64,000 bases of DNA, taken from assembly GCF_053078305.1 (NCBI RefSeq), contig NZ_CP166879.1; one strand, given 5' to 3'. Positions within the stretch are counted from its first letter, which is position 1, and every line of letters starts with the position of its first letter. The notes beneath the pieces were generated by a model. That model did no database searches. It was not told the origin of the DNA and saw only the letters and a list, made by a program, of their open reading frames with translations. A program made the position numbers and the translations under genes. Shown piece by piece: positions 46,380 to 55,049 of the stretch.

Positions 46380-46693
46380 TTGGGGCCATTTTGACTCATA
46401 GAGGAAAGCATCGCGCACAAACTTTTTCAGTTTATTTGTTGGCTTAATATTCTATTGTTATCTTTATTTATAGATTTTTATATTGCATGAGGTGGTTTTT
46501 GGAGAGAAGAATGAGGAAGATGCGTCGAGCCACAGAAACGTTAGCTTTACATATAGCGGAGGTGATGTGAAATTAATTTACAAGAGAAATAATTTACATA
46601 TCAAACAGTTAGATGGTTTTTGTCGTTTTTTAAAATTTTTATGCTTGAGAAAAAATACGTAACTTATTTATGATATGGACAGTTTGGCCCCAA
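46380..46693. promoter_or_regulatory. fimS: fimS invertible phase-variation switch (314 bp), apparently in the OFF orientation
   Basis: Bounded by 9-bp inverted repeats TTGGGGCCA (46380-46388) and TGGCCCCAA (46685-46693). The only good sigma70 promoter inside (TTGAGA-N18-TATGAT, 46645-46674) lies at the fimE-proximal end and points toward fimE, away from fimA. Confidence 0.7.
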
Positions 46694-46740
46694 TTGTCTT
46701 GTATTTATTTGTTTTTTAACTTTATTATCAATAAGTTAAA

Positions 46741-47337
46741 TCAAACCTCTTCTCTTTTTAATTTTTCGTTTATGAGATTATTTCTTTCCCATAATCCGGC
46801 AAAACGAGCAGCATTACTGGCGGTATAACGTACAGTATGGCGAATATTTCGATGCCCGAGATAATCCTGAATTAAACGAGTATCTGCACCACGCTCCGCC
46901 AGTTCATAACCGCAAGCATGCCTTAACATATGAGGATGAGTCTGCGTTACGGTTCCAGCTTCAATACCGGCATCACGAATAATGCGATAGGCCTGCTGGC
47001 GAGAAAGCCGACTCCCGCGGCGAGAAATAAATATAGCGTCGGTCCGGTCAGCGCCTTTCCAGTTAGCACGTTCCAGGGTCCAGCGTTCCACAGCTTCACG
47101 CTCATCAAAACGTAACGGGTGAACGGTAGAAAATCCGTTCTTCAGTCGGCGAATATTTATTCGACCTTCATTAAGGTCAAGATCCTGATAATGCAGATCA
47201 AGCAGTTCACTAATACGCATCCCATGCCGATATGCCAACAGAATAAGACAATAATCTCTGGCTCCCGTTGCCCCGTAACAAACCGCCTGCATCATGGCCT
47301 GAACTTCTTTACCGGTAAGATAACGACGTTTACTCAC
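46741..47337 (-). CDS. fimE: Tyrosine recombinase FimE (ON-to-OFF switching)
   Basis: 198 aa, MSKRRYLTGKEVQAMMQAVCYG…. Confidence 0.9.
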   Translation of the reverse strand: MSKRRYLTGKEVQAMMQAVCYGATGARDYCLILLAYRHGMRISELLDLHYQDLDLNEGRINIRRLKNGFSTVHPLRFDEREAVERWTLERANWKGADRTDAIFISRRGSRLSRQQAYRIIRDAGIEAGTVTQTHPHMLRHACGYELAERGADTRLIQDYLGHRNIRHTVRYTASNAARFAGLWERNNLINEKLKREEV

Positions 47338-47814
47338 AATAGTAGTACTCCTAACTGAGATATATTTGAATGAATACCTATAGGAAACCTCAATCGGTCA
47401 AAATTAGCCCAATAGATAAAAAGATAACCACACACGAAGTGATGTGGCTATCAGTCAATTACATTAAATATCATACAAAAATAAAATATCACTGATGTGA
47501 CAACATCTATTTTCATTGATTTGATTCAATATAACAATAGATTGCAGTGGATTAACTTCCAGTTGCTTAAAAAATAAAGAAAAAAGTGCGAAAACAGGAG
47601 AATTTAAGCGATGTGTAAATTTATGAATGATTTTGTTTATTTATTTTGAAGAACATAAACCATTGTATTTTGTATGGATATGGTTAACTTAATGTTTATT
47701 ATGATAATTAAGAATTATACTTACAATAACATCAATTAATAAATGGTTAATCGTTTTTGATATATCGTAAGAATAATGTAGTTTTTAACACCATCCCTGG
47801 TATCTCAACTATCT

Positions 47815-48417
47815 CTATAAAACAGCGTGACGCTGTCGTCCTCTGGCTCTATCCCAGATGCCGTAAAAACGCCCTGCATTGCTGGCGGTATACCAGACAG
47901 TATGACGAATATTGCGATGCCCAAGATAATCCTGGATAAGTCGCGTATCTATTCCCATATTCGCCAAAGCAAAACCACACGAATGGCGTAACATGTGCGG
48001 ATGAATCTCCAGTGACAACCCGGCATTACCACCGGAAGTCGAGATAATATGGTAAAACTGTTGCCGAGAAAGCGGATTCCCCTTACGCGATAAAAATACC
48101 CACTCGCTCTCAGCATGCGGATAAGAAGTACGGATACTCAACCAGTTTTTTAAAGCCTGAATTTCTTTGTTCAATAGCGGGTGCGTTGTTGAAAAGCCTT
48201 TTTTTAATCGATGGATATATATACACTTTGCCTTAAGATCAATATCCGAAATCCTCAATCGACAAATTTCACTCGCCCGGAAACCATGAATAAAACAAAG
48301 CAAAGTCAGACAATAATTACGTGCTGCATGAGGCCCGGTATTTGCTGCTTTAAGGAGTGATTCGATTTCACTATGGGTCAGGAAGTTCCTTTTTTTGTTA
48401 TCAGCCTTATTCTTCAT
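47815..48417 (-). CDS. fimB: Tyrosine recombinase FimB
   Basis: 200 aa from MKNKADNKKRNFLTHSEIESLL…. Confidence 0.9.
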   Translation of the reverse strand: MKNKADNKKRNFLTHSEIESLLKAANTGPHAARNYCLTLLCFIHGFRASEICRLRISDIDLKAKCIYIHRLKKGFSTTHPLLNKEIQALKNWLSIRTSYPHAESEWVFLSRKGNPLSRQQFYHIISTSGGNAGLSLEIHPHMLRHSCGFALANMGIDTRLIQDYLGHRNIRHTVWYTASNAGRFYGIWDRARGRQRHAVL

Positions 48418-49863
48418 CGTTTTTCCCTTATAATTACAGACGCGCACTAGCTGTGCTGGGTTAGCAATAATCCAACATTTTTATCCTGATTATGTTTATA
48501 AAAGCGAACGTTTGCTTAATAACTAACGTAAGTGGACCAGTTCTTCTGAGTGAACTTAAATGGAGTAGCAACAGTTAATTATAATAACGTTGCCATACAA
48601 ACGCTATGCTCTTGCATGCTATGTACCTTTATATATTTATCAATCGGATACGAATCTAATAATAACCCTCATCATTAATGCAACTAATCTTATCTATATA
48701 TCATGTGATATGTTCTGTAACAAGTAAAATCAACATAAAAAATTCAGCAAAATTTAATATTCGTTCAACTAGCCGTCTCACATATGACATTATTAGTCAA
48801 CTCAATTTGCCACAAAATGGCTATTTCATGGAACACAGTAATTTCTTAGTGGCTATTATCAAGCTAATTCTTAGGTCCCTAGCGATTATTCCTGGCTGGT
48901 TCGTCAGTTTAAGCCATGAGATTGTTACATTCCTTTTTATCCTGGAGATATGGGGGAACGCAGGAGACGATTTTTTCATCTACATTCGCTGGTAAATATG
49001 GCTTTGGTCACTGCGACTTAAACCTTCCTCAATCACAGCCATTCGCCGGGCGATACGGCAAACAAACTAAGTGAAACATCATCCTGAAAACACCAACATC
49101 AACAAGCCTCTCCAGATCGACTTCAGAAGTGACCAGTTACAAGCCACAAACCAGGAAACATATTTCATGATGAGAGTTATGCTCAGCCTGATGGCGGGTA
49201 AACACTTATTTTCACCAAGCTCACTGAGTTAGCTTGCAAAGCTTCCCTTGTTTAGACTCTAAATAAATTATTTATAAAACATATAGTTAAAAGAAGATCT
49301 TTAGTTTTTGAAGACCACCGCAAGTGTTCGTCTGGCTTCACATGGCATCTTCTTCTTAGAAAAAGATCGACATATTTTGTGACACGAATTGCAAATCTGG
49401 TTTTGTTGTATGGATTGCGTGATTTTTGATCTGGTATAACAGGTATAAAGGTGCACCACGATAGACAATGAGACAGGGCATCTTGCAATCTATGGCAAAC
49501 ATCGCTTCAGTTCTTTCTCATCGGGTGATGAAAACGCACTTCAGTCTGAAAGGAATATGAAAATGAGATCAACAGACACTCTATTTTATGACTCTGGGTA
49601 AAATGGATTGAGTAAGTGATATAGCTTACGAACATTCAAATCAATTAAACATCAGAAGAGATTTTATACTCAGGTATTTAATCTGGATCTCTGTTTATTT
49701 AAATAATGTGAAAAGAGATTTTTCACAGGAGACCTTATACAAAAAAATATAAAATACAGCTACCGGTTGCCAAAGACACTATAAGCCTGGCAAAAAATAT
49801 TACACAACATAAATGCTAATTGTTTATGCGGGCTTTGTATTGCTTTCTGTATCCTACAAATGA

Positions 49864-50589
49864 GTGAAATTTATGAAAAAGGCTAAAATACTTTCTGGCG
49901 TATTATTACTGTGCTTTTCGTCCCCATTAATTTCTCAGGCTGCGACACTGGACGTACGTGGTGGATATCGTAGTGGAAGCCACGCCTATGAGACTCGACT
50001 CAAAGTCAGTGAGGGATGGCAAAATGGATGGTGGGCAAGTATGGAAAGTAATACCTGGAATACCATTCATGATAATAAAAAGGAAAATGCCGCACTCAAT
50101 GATGTTCAGGTTGAAGTTAATTACGCGATTAAACTTGATGATCAATGGACGGTGCGCCCGGGAATGTTAACGCATTTTAGCAGCAACGGCACACGCTACG
50201 GACCCTACGTAAAACTGTCCTGGGACGCGACAAAAGATCTTAATTTTGGCATTCGCTATCGTTACGACTGGAAAGCTTACCGACAACAAGACTTATCCGG
50301 TGATATGTCTCGTGATAACGTTCATCGTTGGGATGGATATGTCACTTACCATATTAATAGTGATTTCACCTTCGCATGGCAAACGACGCTATACAGCAAA
50401 CAGAACGATTATCGCTATGCAAACCATAAGAAATGGGCGACGGAAAATGCATTTGTTCTACAATACCATATGACGCCGGATATTACGCCATACATAGAAT
50501 ATGACTACCTTGACCGTCAGGGTGTTTACAACGGCAGAGATAATTTATCGGAAAACAGTTATCGCATTGGTGTGTCATTTAAACTGTAG
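49864..50589 (+). CDS. nanC: N-acetylneuraminic acid outer-membrane channel NanC
   Basis: KdgM-family porin; probable start at ATG 49873 (MKKAKILSGVLLLCFSSPLISQA). Confidence 0.75.
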   Translation: MKFMKKAKILSGVLLLCFSSPLISQAATLDVRGGYRSGSHAYETRLKVSEGWQNGWWASMESNTWNTIHDNKKENAALNDVQVEVNYAIKLDDQWTVRPGMLTHFSSNGTRYGPYVKLSWDATKDLNFGIRYRYDWKAYRQQDLSGDMSRDNVHRWDGYVTYHINSDFTFAWQTTLYSKQNDYRYANHKKWATENAFVLQYHMTPDITPYIEYDYLDRQGVYNGRDNLSENSYRIGVSFKL

Positions 50590-50608
50590 TAGACAGGAGA
50601 CAGTCACA

Positions 50609-51715
50609 ATGAATAAAACAATAACGGCGCTTGCTATCATGATGGCTTCATTTGCCACAAACGCGTCTGTATTACCGGAAACTCCTGTGCCATTTAAAAG
50701 TGGTACCGGAGCAATTGATAACGACACTGTCTACATTGGTTTAGGTAGCGCAGGTACGGCATGGTACAAGCTGGATACACAGGCCAAAGATAAAAAATGG
50801 ACAGCGTTAGCTGCATTCCCTGGTGGACCAAGAGATCAAGCAACCTCGGCATTTATTGATGGCAATCTGTATGTGTTTGGCGGCATTGGAAAAAATAGCG
50901 AGGGCTTGACTCAGGTATTTAATGACGTACACAAATACAACCCTAAAACCAATAGCTGGGTTAAATTGATGTCGCACGCACCGATGGGCATGGCGGGCCA
51001 TGTGACTTTTGTACACAACGGCAAGGCTTATGTTACTGGCGGTGTTAACCAGAATATCTTCAATGGCTATTTTGAAGATCTCAACGAAGCTGGAAAAGAT
51101 TCAACCGCTGTAGATAAAATCAATGCCTACTATTTTGACAAAAAAGCAGAAGATTATTTCTTCAATAAGTTTCTGTTGTCTTTTGATCCCTCAACACAGC
51201 AATGGAGTTACGCTGGCGAATCGCCCTGGTACGGAACGGCTGGTGCGGCGGTTGTGAATAAAGGTGATAAAACCTGGCTTATTAATGGCGAAGCCAAACC
51301 AGGATTGCGAACGGATGCCGTATTTGAACTTGATTTCACCGGTAATAATTTAAAATGGAATAAGCTTGCTCCCGTCTCATCACCAGATGGCGTCGCTGGC
51401 GGTTTTGCGGGGATAAGCAATGATTCTCTTATATTTGCCGGAGGGGCCGGATTCAAAGGTTCACGAGAAAATTACCAGAACGGTAAGAACTATGCGCATG
51501 AAGGCCTGAAAAAATCATATAGCACTGATATTCATCTTTGGCATAACGGGAAATGGGATAAATCGGGTGAATTATCGCAAGGTCGGGCCTACGGAGTATC
51601 ATTGCCCTGGAATAATAGTCTATTAATTATTGGCGGTGAAACTGCAGGCGGCAAAGCGGTGACGGATTCAGTTTTGATCTCTGTGAAGGATAATAAAGTT
51701 ACAGTACAAAACTAA
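50609..51715 (+). CDS. nanM: N-acetylneuraminate mutarotase NanM (Kelch-repeat beta-propeller)
   Basis: 368 aa from MNKTITALAIMMASFATNASV…, with an AGGAGA ribosome-binding site. Confidence 0.8.
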   Translation: MNKTITALAIMMASFATNASVLPETPVPFKSGTGAIDNDTVYIGLGSAGTAWYKLDTQAKDKKWTALAAFPGGPRDQATSAFIDGNLYVFGGIGKNSEGLTQVFNDVHKYNPKTNSWVKLMSHAPMGMAGHVTFVHNGKAYVTGGVNQNIFNGYFEDLNEAGKDSTAVDKINAYYFDKKAEDYFFNKFLLSFDPSTQQWSYAGESPWYGTAGAAVVNKGDKTWLINGEAKPGLRTDAVFELDFTGNNLKWNKLAPVSSPDGVAGGFAGISNDSLIFAGGAGFKGSRENYQNGKNYAHEGLKKSYSTDIHLWHNGKWDKSGELSQGRAYGVSLPWNNSLLIIGGETAGGKAVTDSVLISVKDNKVTVQN

Positions 51716-51779
51716 CGCTTCAGGGCCCCAGTAAAGGGGCCCAGCTATCAATTTGTCATTTCAATTACGCGAAAATTAT

Positions 51780-52760
51780 ATGAACGCAATAATATCGCCC
51801 GATTATTACTATGTTCTTACCGTTGCTGGTCAGTCTAATGCTATGGCGTATGGCGAAGGACTGCCATTACCGGACAGGGAAGATGCGCCTCATCCCAGAA
51901 TTAAACAATTAGCGAGATTTGCGCATACGCATCCCGGAGGCCCGTCATGTCACTTTAACGACATTATTCCACTGACTCACTGCCCACACGATGTTCAGGA
52001 TATGCAGGGTTATCACCATCCTCTGGCAACGAATCATCAAACACAGTACGGCACCGTTGGCCAGGCACTGCATATTGCACGGAAATTACTGCCCTTCATT
52101 CCTGATAATGCAGGGGTTCTCATCGTTCCATGTTGTCGTGGCGGCTCGGCTTTTATCGCAGGCAGCGAAGGGACATATTCAGAACGGCACGGAGCCAGCC
52201 ATGATGCTTGTCGTTGGGGAACGGATACTCCGCTATACCAGGATTTAGTCAGCAGAACGCGAGCCGCACTGGCAAAAAATCCGCAGAACAAATTCCTCGG
52301 CGTATGCTGGATGCAAGGCGAATTTGACTTAATGACCAGTGACTACGCGTCACACCCTCAACACTTTAATCATATGGTTGAAGCCTTTCGTAGGGATCTA
52401 AAACAATACCATTCTCAGCTTAATAATATTACTGATGCGCCCTGGTTTTGCGGCGATACCACCTGGTACTGGAAAGAAAATTTCCCTCATGCGTATGAAG
52501 TTATTTATGGCAATTATCAAAATAATGTTTTAGCCAATATTATTTTCGTCGACTTCCAGCAACAAGGTGAAAGAGGACTGACGAACGCGCCTGATGAAGA
52601 CCCGGACGATTTAAGCACGGGATATTACGGTTCAGCGTACCGGTCACCGGAGAACTGGACGACGGCACTGCGAAGCAGTCATTTCAGCACGGCAGCCCGT
52701 CGGGGGATTATTTCTGACAGGTTTGTAGAAGCAATTTTGCAGTTTTGGCGCGAAAGGTGA
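51780..52760 (+). CDS. nanS: 9-O-acetyl-N-acetylneuraminate esterase NanS
   Basis: 326 aa from MNAIISPDYYYVLTVAGQSNAMAYGEGLPLPD…. Confidence 0.8.
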   Translation: MNAIISPDYYYVLTVAGQSNAMAYGEGLPLPDREDAPHPRIKQLARFAHTHPGGPSCHFNDIIPLTHCPHDVQDMQGYHHPLATNHQTQYGTVGQALHIARKLLPFIPDNAGVLIVPCCRGGSAFIAGSEGTYSERHGASHDACRWGTDTPLYQDLVSRTRAALAKNPQNKFLGVCWMQGEFDLMTSDYASHPQHFNHMVEAFRRDLKQYHSQLNNITDAPWFCGDTTWYWKENFPHAYEVIYGNYQNNVLANIIFVDFQQQGERGLTNAPDEDPDDLSTGYYGSAYRSPENWTTALRSSHFSTAARRGIISDRFVEAILQFWRER

Positions 52761-52767
52761 GCGTTCA

Positions 52768-53418
52768 TTAATTTGATTTATTCGCATCCATCAACGCTTT
52801 TAACTCCTCCGGCGTAAACGGTGGTTTGCGTCGGTGCAACATCGCATGGCAATTAGGGCACACAGGAAGTAAATCATTAACTGGATCCAGCAGGTAATCC
52901 TCTTTAATGGCTGAAAGCGGCACCAGGTGATGCATATGGATAAAGCCCTCAGCGATATCGCCATAGATCTTCACCAGATCAACGCCGCATACGTTGCACT
53001 GGCATCCGTGATATTCGACTGCTTTCTCGCGAGCTTTTTTATCGCGTTCATAGCTGTTTACCGTCACCTTTATCGCCGCACCTTCAACGTAGGTCCCCTG
53101 CGACGGCAACTCATCCGGGAACAGAACATCGGCTATGGGAGCCGCAGCGGCTTTATCCTGATGAATATGAAATCCCTGATCTATAAGTAGCTTGACGCAT
53201 TTAGATTTTATTCCGCCGGTGAAATCCGCAGGGGTAAATTGCGTCCCCGTCATCAATGTCGCTGCGATGCCAGCAATCGCCTTCGAGGGGTAACGTCGGC
53301 CATGATATTCAATCTCATACAACCGTGCAGGCTGGAACTGATGAGTTTCTCCCGCATCCCATAAATGAATAGCTTTGATGATATACCGCCGAGGAAGATG
53401 ATCGGGGAGTTTATTCAT
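52768..53418 (-). CDS. HNH-endonuclease-domain protein (possible modification-dependent restriction nuclease)
   Basis: 216 aa with a C-terminal HNH/zinc-finger signature CQCNVCG…HMHHLVP…N…CPNCH. The N-terminal domain is unidentified. Confidence 0.55.
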   Translation of the reverse strand: MNKLPDHLPRRYIIKAIHLWDAGETHQFQPARLYEIEYHGRRYPSKAIAGIAATLMTGTQFTPADFTGGIKSKCVKLLIDQGFHIHQDKAAAAPIADVLFPDELPSQGTYVEGAAIKVTVNSYERDKKAREKAVEYHGCQCNVCGVDLVKIYGDIAEGFIHMHHLVPLSAIKEDYLLDPVNDLLPVCPNCHAMLHRRKPPFTPEELKALMDANKSN

Positions 53419-53497
53419 GGAGAATGTCCTTATACGTTCTCAGAACAAGCAGCAAAAAAACAAATGAGATCAAAGTAATATATCTTCACTTGCAGGC

Positions 53498-54427
53498 TTG
53501 AACAGCAGAAAATTTGCGAGCATGATCGCAATTATTTCACTGCCAGGGATATCAATGGCTTCCAGTAAATCGCTACAGCAGGCAATTGCCAATATAAAAA
53601 TCTGGCATAAGGGTGAACAGCGCGCGCCGCATAAGCCATTGTTATTGCTATACGTATTAGCGGGATACCTGCATGGACATCCGCGCCTTTTCGATTATGG
53701 CTCGGAAATCTACGAACCTCTGCACAGTTTACTGGAACGTTTTGGGCCACAGCGTTCACAGTACCGACCTGATATGCCGTTCTGGCGATTACAAGGCGAC
53801 GGATTCTGGCAATTACACAATGCCGAGCGTTGCTCAACAGCAGGGAGCAGCCGACAACCGCCAGTGAAGGAACTGAACGAATACCACGTTGCAGGCGGTT
53901 TCGATGAACAGCACTACGCCCTGGTAACCGGCAATAAAAAACTCATCAATACTCTGGCGCAACAGATACTCGAAGCGCACTTCACCGAGAGTATTCAGGA
54001 AGAAATTGCTGACGAGCTGGGTTTTGATCTCCAGCAAATCCGTAAACAGCGCGACCCGTTATTTCGCAAAAATGTATTACGCGCTTATAAATACCAGTGC
54101 GCGATATGTGGCTTTAATATGCGCCACGACGACACCACCGTCGCGCTGGAAGCGGCGCATATAAAATGGAAACAGCACGGCGGTCCTTGTGAAATTCCTA
54201 ATGGCCTGGCGCTTTGCGCAATTCACCATAAAGCCTTTGATAAAGGATCGATTGGCCTGGACGAAAATATGCGGGTACTGGTATCAGATGCGGTAAACGG
54301 CGGAGGGATCGTTGAGAGATTATTCTGGGATTTTGACGGGAAAACTATTGCGTTGCCGCAGGTGCGTAAAAATTACCCTTATGAGGGGTTTGTGGAGTGG
54401 CATCGGAAAGAGGTTTTTAGGGGGTGA
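53498..54427 (+). CDS. HNH-endonuclease-domain protein (second copy, divergent)
   Basis: 309 aa with a C-terminal HNH signature YQCAICGF…AAHIKW…NGLALCAIHHKAFDKG. The N-terminal domain is unidentified. Confidence 0.55.
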   Translation: MNSRKFASMIAIISLPGISMASSKSLQQAIANIKIWHKGEQRAPHKPLLLLYVLAGYLHGHPRLFDYGSEIYEPLHSLLERFGPQRSQYRPDMPFWRLQGDGFWQLHNAERCSTAGSSRQPPVKELNEYHVAGGFDEQHYALVTGNKKLINTLAQQILEAHFTESIQEEIADELGFDLQQIRKQRDPLFRKNVLRAYKYQCAICGFNMRHDDTTVALEAAHIKWKQHGGPCEIPNGLALCAIHHKAFDKGSIGLDENMRVLVSDAVNGGGIVERLFWDFDGKTIALPQVRKNYPYEGFVEWHRKEVFRG

Positions 54428-54468
54428 GGTTGATAACTATCGCAGTATGTTCAATATTGCTGACATAA

Positions 54469-54651
54469 TCAGTGCAGGATCTTGCCGCTAGTTTACAACT
54501 CGCCTTCGATAGCGGCGCAAAACGAGTTCTGTTGCCGATATCCTCGGCTATGGATATTCCAACAGTTCCGGCAGAGTTGTTTACCAAGTTTCAGGTAAGT
54601 TTTTACTCAGAACCGGTTGATGCGGTTTATAAGGCGCTGGATGTGAATTAA
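54469..54651 (+). pseudogene. Possible 3' remnant of a Lon-like protease gene
   Basis: Start-less 60-codon frame ending …LQLAFDSGAKRVLLPISSAMDIPTVPAELFTKFQVSFYSEPVDAVYKALDVN*. This resembles the extreme C-terminus of Lon-family protease domains. Confidence 0.3.
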
Positions 54652-55049
54652 CACATTCCTCAGCTTATTTATAAAAGGATTATTCCCATTTGATATAATA
54701 TCAGTGCCAATTTACTTTTTTCAATGGAATATATCTCGGCTAAATAACAATAAAACTTATCGCTAATGGATTAAATAAACAATTTTCTAATTCATTTCAC
54801 CACCTTTGATATAGAAATTGATGGTGTTGTCGCTGCCATTGCTTATGGTGATGATAAAATCCACGTTTCTGGATCGTTGCGTAGAAAATCATCACTACCT
54901 TGATATTTTGATGCGATATGATCATACCGTTCCGTAGTACCAATTTCAATTTCAGGCTAAACCCCAACATTAAAAAAATTAGAGTTATTCACTGATTATA
55001 TTATCAATAATATAATCAGTGAATAACATGGACTATATAATAAATTGCT

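Noticed and set aside
48678-48995. 105-aa ORF in the fimB-nanC intergenic region
   Set aside because: It sits in the long AT-rich regulatory region between fimB and nanC, has no ribosome-binding site, and is most likely non-coding.
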